Shown here in pieces: positions 39,965-53,430 of a stretch of 64,000 bases of DNA; within the stretch, counting starts at the first letter, position 1, and every line of letters starts with the position of its first letter. Origin of the DNA: Octopus bimaculoides (Eukaryota). The stretch lies in contig NC_068983.1 of NCBI RefSeq assembly GCF_001194135.2, positions 163,145,509 to 163,209,508 of the forward strand. The letters are read 5' to 3'. Under the pieces are notes generated by a model. The model was given only the letters and a program-made list of their open reading frames with translations. It was not told where the DNA came from and ran no database searches. Made by a program: the position numbers and the translations under genes.

Positions 39965-40084
39965 CTATCCAACGGTAGGGAATCGTGGGTAAACATAATT
40001 TTCTAGAACTTCTTTCCGTCTCACATCTTCTGAGGAAACTTGGGGAGAATGAAACTGTTCGGAAATCCATCGAGCGGATTCTAA
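39965..40084 (-). CDS. Candidate exon (LESARWISEQFHSPQVSSEDVRRKEVLENYVYPRFPTVG* in phase 0)
   Basis: Acceptor ctgtacactttccattacAG; a second frame is ORF 39879-40070. Confidence 0.35.
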   Translation of the reverse strand, partial: LESARWISEQFHSPQVSSEDVRRKEVLENYVYPRFPTVG

Positions 40085-40965
40085 CTGTAATGGAAAGTGT
40101 ACAGGCATGAAACTCGTTAACTTATGATAATTTTATCAATATTTTATCAATGGTACAAGTGTCTGTGGAATACTCAAACAACTCAATCATCCTCGACAAA
40201 CAACGGAGATCCACGACAATATTTTACGTAACGTAAAATATTCTACTACCTCGACTCTTTTAAGGTTAAAATGTATTTCGTTGGTTTCAAGACTAACGGA
40301 ATGGTATGTTTTGTAATAGTCACATTTAAGATTTTAAGAACATTAAAGAAACTATCTATAACATGTCGCTGTTTTGGATAAACGATTCCATTTATTTCAT
40401 GAACCTTCAATGCTTGTACAGCTCGAAATAGTTACAAAAATCATGCTTAGAAAAATTAGGACTTGTTATGAAATGTTTACAACTTGTCATTTTAACAACG
40501 GGAAAACTCCAATGTCTGGCTTTGTTAGCGACAATTCTTTGTTCACAATCTAAGTATGTTATCGGTTTAGGCATCGATCCTGTCATTGTCCTGGAAACGT
40601 ATCTTCTATCGAATGCTTTTCAATGAAATCTTCGTTCACTCCATAATGCATTTCACCTAATATTCTTGAGCAGAAAAATTCCGTGGTTGATTTTATAGTT
40701 TCAGAATCATAGTACGTCTATATACTGTGCTCAACTAATAAATAAATAAGCAAAAAGAGAAATAGGTACACGAGCGAGAAAAAAAAAACAAAAAAAAATC
40801 TCTACACGATAGGAAATGTTATAGAATACTAATCTTGTAGGAAGCCCCAACTTAGCATATTCCCCTTTGTTCACACACACACACACACACACACGTATAT
40901 ACGAGTGTATTTCTATGAAGGCATGTATTTATGCATGTATACATATATATCATATTATATTGTAT

Positions 40966-41015
<50 letters not shown>

Positions 41016-41548
41016 AAACAAGAACGAAAATGCTACTTTCTTAAAATTGGGTACATTTTGATTTTTCTTTTAAATATTTCGGTTTTTGAAAAACCTTATC
41101 AAAAATATGTACTAAAATGGAATATGTAAAGAGAAAAGAACTATTAAAAAAATTAAATTCAAAATTAAGATTAACATTCATAGTTTACTTTCGCTTTTCC
41201 TGCAAGAACACGTGATAATATCCTTTGGTTCTGGTAGCCTGACAAGTTCAACTGACTGTCTTTGTAAATTGAATAGTGTGGTCAAGACTTGTTTTCTTAG
41301 GAGTGGCTGTAGCCATCGAGTAACTAGCGGTAGTAATAATAATAGTCGTCGTGGTGAAGTTGTTCCCCTTGTGGTTTTAATAGAAATTAGGTTCTTCGAC
41401 CCCTTGTCTTTATTTCTTATACGCATATATATATATATACACAGCGAAATACATACATACACTCATATATATACATATACACACATGCATGTACATATAC
41501 ATATACATATATACACATACACACATAAACATACCCATATATATTTAC

Positions 41549-41583
<35 letters not shown>

Positions 41584-42504
41584 TTTAAGTCTGTATATGA
41601 GTGTGCTCATAAAAGCTGCTATGCTGTTTATTCGGCTATTACATATTGTCCCCCATCTTCCAGAGTAAATTTATGGGGAGTGGCATATTATCTGAATCTC
41701 TGTTCGAAGAATACCTAATTGGAAATTTCTTACATGTTTATCCAACATGTGCAAAGTTATGATTCCTATTAGCAAATGCAACATGTGTAATGGTGAATAA
41801 CTAATATGAAAAAAATTTCCCAACTTCCTGTTTTGTTATATATGATATATATATTATAATAAAGAGTGAGAATCATTAATAATTTTGTCAGCGAGGAATA
41901 AAGGGTAAAAATCATTAATGATTTTATCAGCGCGGAAACAAAAATCTTATAGGTGAATTTTACAAATAGTATGATAATTATATACATGATTATTACAAGG
42001 GATTGGCTATAAGCCTCTCCACGCGCTAGAAATAGACACCAAAAGACGCTAATACCACCTTCCTTAAAAACTCCAAAAAATAAAACACGGGCTGCAGTCG
42101 AGCAAAAGAAAGATAATAAATTAAACTTTTGGTTAAACGTATACAGGATCCCGTTTCAAGCTTTAGGTAAAAAAATTATACCCACTGCTATCTTCAGCAA
42201 CGTTACTTCGTAGCCTAAATTCACGAGTGTCTACACATAAGTATACGAGCAGCGACTTCGTACAGCAATATATATACACACTCGTAAAAATATAGAGTAA
42301 AGTAGAATTCCCATTTTTCTTTTCAGCCAAGTGTAATATATCAAAATAACTCTGCAGTGAATGCAGCTTGACAAAGGAGTAAATGTTTCAAATATTAATT
42401 ATAATAAGGAGTAAAATCATTGATGATTGACTTCCTGGGGTTACAAGCTACAGTGGTGTCGACTCTTAAGAGTTAGCCACATTTAGGTGGCAAATATACT
42501 TCAC

Positions 42505-42580
42505 GATTATATATAACCGCCAGCATCGGTTTTCAAGCGATGCTGGGGTGACAAACATACATACACAAACATACATACAC

Positions 42581-42644
<64 letters not shown>

Positions 42645-43095
42645 GACAGGCTTCTTATAGTTTCTACCAAATCCACTCACAAAACTTTGGTCGGCCCGGG
42701 GCTATAGTAGAAAACCCTTGCCCAAGGTGCCACGCAGTGGGACTGAATCCAGAACCATGTGGTTGGGAACCATATATGTATGTTGTTATGTGTGTGTGTG
42801 TGTGTGTGTATGTCTGTATCACGTGATCGACCAGATTATGGAATGTTGATATTCATCGCTGGTCAGAATGGTTTTTGCCTTGTTTTAGATTCGAATGATG
42901 CCATCCGGTTGGCTAGGCGAGCAGACCAACGTTCGCTTCGATCGGCAAAGGTCAGTTCGTGGACCTATTTACAACTGAGTCGACTGGAGCAACGTGATAT
43001 GAAGTGCCTTGCTCAAGAACTCAACGCGCCTCTCGGTCCGGAATTCGAACCAGTGACTTAGCTACACACTAACCACTAGCTCACGTGCCTTCACA
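42505..43095 (-). mobile_element. SINE family B (42505-42775) plus a different tRNA-derived SINE (42790-43095)
   Basis: The second element shows aagtgccttgctcaag...ttcgaacc...ctaaccactag tRNA-like box remnants. Confidence 0.7.
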
Positions 43096-43601
43096 CACAC
43101 AATCACACTCTCACACCCACCTACACACCCACCCACACACCCACGCGCACACCCCACGCGCGCGCAGACACACATATCCATATATGTCCATATACATGGA
43201 CATGTACAGATACAAATGCCTGCACTCACATATTTTGCGAGTTTCCCCGCTTTGGGCTGCTGACTACGAGGCATCTTTTTATTTCCAATATAGAGATATT
43301 TCTCTCCTTGAAGTATTACCAAAAAAATAAAATAAATAAAATAAAATAAAACAAAAAACAAGCCAACATCGGCATACAGGGTCAGTAAATTATTAGTTGT
43401 GTATTGTATGCTAATCACATAAATAGAATGAATAATATAAAATGTATAGCAACAGAGAACATCCGGTTAATTATGTTGTGCTCCTCCTGACGACTTATTT
43501 CTCGTACACAGTTGTGTCTTTAGAGTCTGATTAAGAAATTCTAGTTCATTAGAAGAACTTATATTTCAGTCCTTATCTTACATGTAAGTGCATTCACTTA
43601 C

Positions 43602-43660
43602 TTGGCCTGTAGACGCATCCTGTATTGAATCTACTGTCAGTAACTTCGAAGTCAACTATA
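43602..43660 (-). CDS. Candidate 59-nt exon (IVDFEVTDSRFNTGCVYRP), phase 2 to 1
   Basis: Near-consensus acceptor ctcttctccttacAG and donor AA|GTAAGT; only one frame is open. Confidence 0.45.
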
Positions 43661-44381
43661 CTGTAAGGAGAAGAGTTTAACTGAATTACCCTGAATGAAA
43701 TAACTCATGATTGAACAAACCACATCAATGGAAATTCAAAATGAAATTTCAATTTATATTTTGATTTTGATACTCGTTTTATGAATTTAAATGTATTTTT
43801 AAAATTTATTTTAAATATGAACATTCCTTTAAAGTGTGAAGAACAGAAATTCAAAAATTCAATATAATTATGTTTTTAAAAATATATAGGCAAGTTCCTT
43901 CTGTAAAAATTGCAATGGAATTCCACGAACGTAATCTTACAACCGGAAGCTAGAAAATAAGTCGAATCAAAGGAATTGTAAAGAATTAAAATAACATTAT
44001 CGTACTGAAATTAACTTGCTCGGGGCAGAGGAGATCTGATGAATTACAAGTTAATACATGCAACAGTCTACAGCATTTTGATAAAAGAACAGGTACGGAG
44101 CTGCATCATAGAGAGGACTGTTTGCGATGAATGCGTGTTACGACGAGATTATAAAACCTGATCTAACAGCAAAAATTATTTGATTGTATTGTTTCCTAAC
44201 GTTAGAAATACATCAGATTATTTTATTGCAATTTAAAGATCACAGAGAAACGAAAGAACTAACAGCGCAAACAACAACAAAGAAAAACACAGGCAACAGC
44301 AATTGCAACAACTTTACCGCTAGCATCAATAACTGAATGCTCCGAGTGTTTATTGTTCTTGTGCCAGACGGAATGACTAAC

Positions 44382-44430
44382 CTCCTCAGAGACACGAATA
44401 TTTAAGAAATCTCTTCGGTTTTCATCAACT
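44382..44430 (-). CDS. Candidate 49-nt exon (VDENRRDFLNIRVSEE), phase 2 to 0
   Basis: Acceptor tattttcatgtttAG, donor GAG|GTTAGT; only one frame is open. Confidence 0.4.
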
Positions 44431-46544
44431 CTAAACATGAAAATATCGGAACAGATTTACAAACTGTACTCAACAACGCATCAAATAAAATCAAACATTT
44501 TGTCCCACAAACTTTTAAGAGTACACACGCACAAACGTACAAGAGAAAACGAAATATGAAACTTTTTGCATCTCAATAATTTATATTTATTTGTGGACAT
44601 CACCATAAAATATACGCTAATCTATATCCGGGGTGAAGCCAAAACACAATTTCAGTTCTTTTTTATGTTTTATGCATCTAAAGTAGACAGAAAATTTATA
44701 ATTTCTGTTTCCTGTCCTCTAAAGTATAACTTCATCTGGCTTTTAAATGTGTGGATACTAGAAAACTACTCACCACTTGATCAGGTTCACCATATTCTCA
44801 GACGTATTCTTTAAACTTATTGTAAATGCACCAGGAATAAAAACAGTTACAAACATACACAAAACACTCTTTGAGGTACTTATAAATATTTTCAATCCTC
44901 CAAATGAAAGTACGGTGTTGTTCCTAAGTAAGATTATCTAAAGAGAATATACCGAGTTGTCTCCACTTGATACGGATATACCTCTAAACAACTGAGAGAT
45001 CTTTATGTTTAAGCACTGAGTTCCACATTCATGGCGTTGAGTGGATGACTGACAAATATCCCACCCCACCACCCAATAGGAAGCTGCTTAGACAAATAAC
45101 AATCCTGGATATTTTGTTCCTTATTCTTTAGAGCTTAGTAAAATGATTTCTACACAATCGGTGGAACTGTTCAAATAATAAATAGCATATATTTTTGATA
45201 AAGCTGAACCTAATATCTATGAATTGAGCTGATTGTTCAATATCATTTTTCTATTCAACGAGTTTTACTTCTGATTTTGGAGAACGTGAAATAAGAATTT
45301 TTTAATGATTTAATGCGGAAGAGGAGGTTGAAATTGGACTTTAAAGACCCCCCACTAACCCACCCACCAAGCATCCAATAGAGAGAGATAAGGTTTATAT
45401 CTTCTGTAGCAATGACAAGTTGATGGATCCAGAAAACGACCAATTCATGTTTCTAACATTTGCTTTAGACACCATTATTTTTTTGTCAACAACTGTAGAG
45501 TAAAATATAAACCAACAACGAAATAGTCTGGTATCAAAGAATAGAGTAGGAAATTAAAAGTGCATAGATATGATAGCAACCGAAATATTGGAAGATCACT
45601 TACGATATTTCTGTAAGTACAGTACTTTAGAAGAATGTTTAAATTTCTGAAAATCTTTCTAAAAATTCATTTTATGTCAACTAGTAGAAACGTGGTCTTT
45701 TATTTATAAAATAGATAAGTTTCGTCAACGTAACGAAAATATTTCTGCGTAAATACGTCTTAGCGGATGTCGCAATAAAGATATAAAATATTTTCAGGTT
45801 TTGATCGACAATATATTGAAATATGAAGATGTCTAACATTAAAGTACACCAGTGAAAATATAGACTATCCATGCGAAATAAATGCATGTATTGTAGTACG
45901 TTTCTTATACATTCATATAGAGATATATTCTGTTATACTTCTTCGGTGCAGTTCTGTTTTTAAATTATCATCCATTTGAACTAATGTGTATGGCGCTATT
46001 ATTATACAACTATATACATCCACAAAAGCTGTAAAGGAAATCAGGAAAAATACAAATGCAGCTGAAACAGCGATAATTTATTTACTACATTTATATCTGT
46101 AAAATATTTCGCAATTCTTAAGAAATTTTACACATGAATTGTAATATGGTATTTAAAATTAACTTACTAAAATCATGTTACATTCGTAACAGAAATACAT
46201 ATTTCGGCAGCTTAACAAAATGTTTCTGTGAAATCTCTTAACACTTCAGATGAAAATAACTTCAGGTTTCGAGCGACAAAATGTTGAAATACAAAGATGA
46301 CTAAAACATAAAAGACACACTAAAATATATATAGACTACACATATGAAAATAATAGCAAAAATAATTGTCATTTCAGAATTTAGCCGGGGTTTGTAATAA
46401 TTCTACCTTTAAAATAAAACATGTTCCGAAATGAGAATCATAAGAGAGTTAACCTGGTCCTAAAACAACTAATAAAAACGAAATGACAAACAGGATAGAT
46501 AGGAATCGATGATTTAGAAAGGTTGTGTCTTTAAAATACTTTAC

Positions 46545-46581
46545 AAGCGCTCACTATTCGCCATTGTTAGCTGTGAAAGCT
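46545..46581 (-). CDS. Candidate 37-nt exon with possible start codon at 46564 (MANSER…)
   Basis: Long polypyrimidine acceptor ctctttatgtcttttattttgcacAG; ACAATGG context; donor TT|GTAAAG (phase 2). Confidence 0.4.
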
Positions 46582-47826
46582 CTGTGCAAAATAAAAGACA
46601 TAAAGAGTTCACAAGCGTAACGACGACGTCTTTGTTTTGGCGTAAAGCATTTTAGCAGAGACCTCAATAAATACAAAGATAATTCTTAGTTTGAAGCAAG
46701 TAGACAGGCAAAAATAAATATGCTTGTATTGAAATGAATTCCATATTCTTTTTTCTTGAAGGTGTTCTTGTTTTTAACTAAAACATGTTGTGCTGTTTAT
46801 AACACAAAACAGAATTTCTGTAAAAGCGAACTGTTGCCAAAAGATAAGCCAAGACAAAAACTTAAAAAATACAATTGCACATGAAATATGGAAAAATTAT
46901 CTATGACCGTTCTAAAATTCTCTTTAAAATGCTAGAATTTATGATATCAATTGCGAATAAGGTAATTTGATATGAACTACATAAATAAACTCTTATATTT
47001 ATTATAAATATTTCACAAACATAATCATAGATATATTTTGCGTAAAGTGTTTCATCCGAGAGTTAAAAAAGTGGAAACTCATTAAGGTTTAGAGTATCAA
47101 TAATATATTGCAATGTAAACATGGCTAATAGAGAAAGACACCTCGAAAAATAAACAGATTTATATACTGGAGCCGAATTCGTATTTCTAGTAGGCACACG
47201 CTTGAAATAAACCATATATTATCGTCGACTGGAGGTAAAATGGGAGGGGTGTTAGAGAAATATATTGCGTTTATTCTAGTAAAACCAGCGAAGTCAACAA
47301 GAAAAACTGAAAGGAAATGATACAGGCAAAATATCGAAAAGCTATTTGCAATATTTCTATCCGTAAAATGAAATATAAAATTAAGTTGTTATATTAGCAA
47401 TGTTAATAAATATTTCGTTAGCAATGCGGAAATATTTTTTGCGTAAAGCATTTTAAGAGAGCTTATAATAAAGCTGAATATTATTTCTAGTTTCTGGCGA
47501 TAATATATTGAAAGATAAATATGTCTGAGACGAAAAGATTGGAATGCAATCCAAATATCGATAAATCATTGGTGACATTTATGTCTCTAAAATACTTTAC
47601 AAAAATACTCAATACTCTGAGATTAATTGTAAAAATGTTATTTAAATTTAAATTACCGAAACGGGTTGAATAGAAATATATATTTCTAAAGCTTATTGAA
47701 GATATTTTTTCCAAAATAGTTTTAGTAGTTGCTTTAATAAAGACGAAGATAAATTCAGATTTAAAGAGATATATGGAAATTTCAAGAAGACGATGACGAA
47801 AAACGCTCCAAAATAAATAAACTCAC

Positions 47827-47887
47827 GTTTAAAATATTACAATAACTAAATACAAATATTGGTGCGATTGATCCGAATAAACGCCCC
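47827..47887 (-). other. Candidate 61-nt upstream (possibly 5'UTR) exon
   Basis: Acceptor ttgtatttcgtacatcAG and consensus donor AAC|GTGAGT. Confidence 0.3.
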
Positions 47888-48427
47888 CTGATGTACGAAA
47901 TACAACGATTATGTGCAGACTTGAAAGACTGGAAATAAACATAAAGTTTGAATGTTAACATTCTTCATTCTCCTTATTATCAATATTGTATTTTACACTC
48001 TAAATAGACAAGAAATAAGCTGTAACTTCGGATGGGAGTTAAGGAACCAGCCTTGGCGTCTTACATAGAGAAATTCGGTATCTGTCTGAATATTATATTT
48101 CTCCTCTTACTANNNNNNNNNNNNNNNNNNNNNNNNNNNNNNNNNNNNNNNNNNNNNNNNNNNNNNNNNNNNNNNNNNNNNNNNNNNNNNNNNNNNNNNN
48201 NNNNNNNNNNNNNNNNNNNNNNNNNNNNNNNNNNNNNNNNNNNNNNNNNNNNNNNNNNNNNNNNNNNNNNNNNNNNNNNNNNNNNNNNNNNNNNNNNNNN
48301 NNNNNNNNNNNNNNNNATATATATATATATATATAGGATTTAAATGCTAACTGTTGAATAAGTTATTTTGAATACCTAACTGAGAGCAAACTGGTAACTA
48401 TTTTGGGGTAATCCCATACATTTTTCT

Positions 48428-48587
48428 GGCGTGGCTGTGTGGTAAGAAGCTTGCTTCCCAACAACATGGTTCCGGATTCAGTCCCACTGCGTGGCACCTT
48501 GAGCAGGTGTCCTCTACTATAGCCTCAGGCTGACCAAAGCCTTATAAGTGGATTTGGTAGACGGAAACTGAAACAAGCCCGTCGTAT

Positions 48588-48659
<72 letters not shown>

Positions 48660-48860
48660 GTTTTTGTGTCTGTGTTTGTTCCCTACCATCGCTTGATAAC
48701 CGATGTTAGTGTGTTTACCTCCTTGTAACTTCGCAGTTCGGCAAATGTGACCGATAGAATAAGTACTAGGCTTACAAAGAATAAGACCTGGGGTCGATTT
48801 ATTCGACTAAAGGAGGTACTCCAGCATGGACGCTGTCTGACTGCAAAAACGTAAAAGAGT
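48428..48860 (+). mobile_element. Near full-length SINE family B with internal CA/TA microsatellite
   Basis: ggcgtggctgtgtggtaagaagcttgcttcccaac head through to the gactgaaac-like tail. Confidence 0.85.
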
Positions 48861-49698
48861 TAAAACAGTATATATATTTATATATATATATATATTCAAG
48901 TTAGATAATAAATTGAATTATAAAGACAGAAAAAGGCGCTCGAATATAATTAATGGCTGTCCGTATTAAAAACATATACATACAATCATCTACATTTATA
49001 TATATTTTCATATATTTCTTCAATAGATACGAGTTGATAATTCTAACAACATCACGTTTACACATATAGAAGTGTGATGTTGTCATAAATAGAAGGAAGA
49101 AAGTAAATATCATGTGAAACCTCTATTGATATTTACCGAAAAAGCTCACGGAAAGTTAATAAAACAACCGAAATTTGGATATATTTATAAATCATTTTCG
49201 CATATTCTGCCCATAAAATCCTGTACAAGTTGAAATTTTCAAATCTCCGGAATATATTTGTTGGAAAAAGAAAAAAAAAAGTTTGTAAAATTAGCTTACG
49301 GAAATGGGTTGTTACATTAATAATAAAAATAACTCTTTAGCAAGAATAGCGACGATACATTTTTGTTTAAATCGTTTTAACAGAAAATTGAATAAAGATG
49401 AAAACATATTTAACTTTAGAGCGACAATACATTAAAATATCAAGAGCTGAGGCGAAAACATGTGATATGTAAATATCATCTTATATAATAATACACTACC
49501 GCTACTATATATATATAAACATATTAATACGTTAATATATATATATATATATATATATATAAACATATTAATACGTTAATATATTCATATATTTTTCTGT
49601 AGGGAGGAAGTTACAGAAAGACATTGTTATATAATAACAAGAATAAATATTTCGCAAGAATAATATAATATTTATTGGTTAAAACATTTTAACAGAAA

Positions 49699-50470
49699 GC
49701 TGAGCCATATGTATAACATATTAACTTGTGATGTTATCACTGAAGAATGATAAAGTCGTACTTAAGTACTAACTATACACTAGTAAAACCGAAAAGTAAT
49801 TGCGGAAATGTAGGAATGCTGAAAAAATAACGATAAATCATATTCGATATTTCTGTCTGTAAAATACATTAAAAGTGTATTTAAATCTCCAAAATTAATT
49901 GTAAAACTGATATTTAAAGTTAACTTAGAGAACTGGACTGTCATATTAATGAAAATATATATTTCGCAGTAAAACGGAACTAGATTTTTGCAGAAGCTTT
50001 TTAGCAGAGGGATCAATAATAATGCAATCTCATTCAGATTTAGAGCAATAATATACTGAATTATGTAAATGACCATCACTAAAAGATACTCAAAAATAAA
50101 TATAATATTAAAATAGGCATATTCGTATACTGTTATGCCAGTCATGAACTGATGCATATAACGGTTTCACGTTTAAAATGAACACGGATGTGGACATTGT
50201 ATGGATAACAGAAATATGTGGCAAGTAAAGCAAAGTTGTACTTCGGGAATTGATTTGCAGCAGAGAGTTTCATAAAGGGGAAATTGAACTCAGGAGTTTA
50301 ATACAGCACTGTGTCGAAAAGAGGATGTCTAATAGAAAACAGTAATTGATCGTTAGAATGATATTCGACATATCCATGAAAGGGAAATAAACATACACAG
50401 GCAATAACTATGACTTTATCATTCTTCAGTGATAACATCACAAGTTAATATGTTATACCTATGGCTCAGC
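49699..50470. mobile_element. MITE-like element with 62-bp inverted termini
   Basis: 49699-49760 and 50409-50470 are reverse complements with 2 mismatches. Confidence 0.75.
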
Positions 50471-50495
50471 ATACTGGTATAGATGTGTATCGGTA

Positions 50496-51473
50496 CAAAA
50501 GTGGGCTAAAAAGTTTGAAAAAATAATATAAATCGATGGTAAAATCCATAATGTAGCAATCCATAATGGCTGTGTGTAGATAAAAGTCCAATAACTTTTT
50601 TCTCTTCAGTATCTAATCCATAAATGTAAAGAATTCTTTACTACCCACACGGGGTCAATGTAGAGGGGACAATACAAGGTGGGGACAAAAAAAAAAATGG
50701 AATGTAAGGGATGAATAAAATAATGGATGAAAATGAAAACTGAAATGAAGCCGTTCGGCCCTACCTCCGAGCGACTTCATTTAACCTGTAAGGACGACTT
50801 TAAAACACAGTTAATCTTCATCCTTCTGAAGAATGTCTATATTATAATCATCGCGAAGATCACGGTAATCTTTCCACTTTGGGAATTGGCTGGTGTCAAT
50901 TTCCCTGACCCAGTATTCATAGCCCTTATCGTAGTCTTTTATTCTTGACAATTCTTCCAAGTTTGCCACCAGACAATGGTATCGTCATGGTAATCCGGAA
51001 TATCCTCTCGTGTTTACTTTTATTGTATTGTCCCATGTGTCTATCTCATCGTAAAGTTGTCTATTTCTTCCGTCGTATATTACAACGTATTTTTGTCACA
51101 TGGCGGGGGTGGGGAAGTTTTGGGGCTCCTGTGTGCCTGTGTTTGTGATTGTTCCGATGGGGTGTAGAGAGGGCTGGTGTCTGTAGGATGAGGATGGGGG
51201 AAGAGTGGGTGTGCGTGGGAGTCGTTTGGGTGAGGGATGAAGTTAACATTCAGAGGCTGAGCCATTTTTCTCTTTTTCTACCAGCCCTTTCCATTCATTC
51301 CCTTCGTTATTTCAACTCTTCTGGGTAATAAGGAAATTTTTACATTCATGGATTAGATACTGAAGAGAAAAGGAACTATGGGACATCTATCTACATACAG
51401 CCATTATGGATTACTACAAAGCATTTTACCATCGATTTATATTATTTTTTCAAAATATTTAGCCCAAGTTTTG
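50496..51473. mobile_element. TA-flanked DNA transposon derivative with ~140-bp TIRs
   Basis: TA|CAAAAGTGGGCTAAA... and ...TTTAGCCCAAGTTTTG|TA; internal minus-strand coding-like remnant (YEYWVREIDTSQFPKWKDYRDLRDDYNIDILQKDED). Confidence 0.75.
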
Positions 51474-53149
51474 TACAAATACACATCTATAACAGTAATA
51501 TTTTAAGTAACATCTTTCTCATACGATTTTAAATAGCATCTCTCTCATTCGATTGACTACACGGAGGTTCATCCTTTTCTCTTACGAGCGGATGTAATAC
51601 CTAATAATGATTATCAATTTTGGATTTCATTTCGATGGGTAATACATTTATGAAACGATCGAAAGTTTTCTCAAACCATTTTTTAAATAATCAAACTTTA
51701 TATATTTATCTATTAATACAATATTATTTATGTTATGGACGTATGTCTTCTGTGAATTTTTGATGTAATTTTTCCTGCTTTCACTTTATAATATACAATC
51801 GCTCTAACTGAATCTCTTAATACCTTTAAGGTTTCAGATATTTCTCAGACCATAAGCACTTTTCTGAAATCCAGTACACTTTATTGTTATTGAATATATT
51901 TGATTAACTATATATATATATTAGAAGGTTTGGATGTGATGTTCAAGAATTATATATTTAAAAAAATGATAAAGTGCTCAGATATCTGGATGGTTGTACA
52001 TTTACAGATTTTTATTAATATGTCACATGTTTTTATAAACTAGTGCTTGCATCTATTCTAGTAGATTCTCCAGATTTGGCCGTTTCGCAGCCAATACCTA
52101 TTAACTTCCATAAAAATTTGAAGATGAGTTCTTGTGTGTTGAAAAATTGATGTAACCATGATATTCTGTTGATCTGAAGAACTAGCTTTCTACATCCTCA
52201 TTTGTTTGTAAAGTGTAGAATAGCACTATGCAATTTGTAGCATACACACTAACGCAGACATATAAAATAATTTATTATACACTAAAATAAATAATTTTTG
52301 CAAGATATTGGCTGTGAAACGGCCGTTATTCTAGGGATATCAACTGGTGAAATAAATATATTCATCTCATACCTTCTGTCTTTCTTTATATTACACACAC
52401 CTACACAGACACACGCGCGCGGTGTGTGTGTGTGTGTGTGCGTCTGTATTATGTATATGTATTCATCTATTTCCCCAGACATGAATTCCTGTTCCACACA
52501 CGCTTACAATTGCTGTCGTCATGATCTGAAGAAAAAAAATATTATAAAAGATGCTCCTTGATTAAAAACAGATCGGTAATGTTGAAATGGAAATCGGAAA
52601 GAAAAACTCGGTGCCGAAATATCGATAAATCTTTTACGAGCTTTCTGTCTGCAAAACAATTTACAAGTCTGTTCAAATGCTTGTAATTAGCTATAAAAAT
52701 GGTATTTATTAATCAGCATCAGAAATGAATTGGTATAATAGTAAGAGAAATGTATCTTCTACAAACATTGTGAAGATATTTTGCAGAAAGCGTTTTAGAT
52801 ACGAGTTCCCAAAACCGAAACACGTACAAATGTATGTACGTATATATATATATATCTGCATGTGTGCGTGTGTTAGTGGTGTATATATGTATGTACACAC
52901 ACACACATATACGTATATACACTCTCATACACATATCTTACAATTCCAATTAGCCATACCAAGAATAATAACCGGTTGCTAAAAGTCACTACAAGTGCCA
53001 TGCAGAGTTGCATAAGGTCCAGTTTCAAGACAGTGTTGTTCATAGAAACCCTCCCCTCTGAATTTGTATACAGACTACATCATTATTGCATCATATTAAT
53101 GAACAGATGATAAAAGAACAGGAGCTGTTGTTTGTTTGTTCCTTCTTGA

Positions 53150-53430
53150 GCAATGCCTGGCTCATAAGGGCCGGTTCCCCAGTTTCATTGGCGTATAGAT
53201 TCCCCTATCCGGACGAGACACCGGTCCGTTGCAGGTGAGGTGCTAGATGCATGAGGAAAAAGTGAGAGAAAGTTGTGGCGAAGGAGTCAGCAGAAGGTCG
53301 CCATTACCTTCTGCCGTAACCGCATGGAGCTTAGGTATTTCCCTCATAAACACACACATCACCCGGTCTGAACCCTTGATCTCTTGACCTCGACTCCACT
53401 ACTCTAACCACTAGGCCATGTGCCTCCACA
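53150..53430 (-). mobile_element. tRNA-derived SINE (third family)
   Basis: Minus-strand head gtggaggcacatggcctagtggttagag. Confidence 0.65.
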
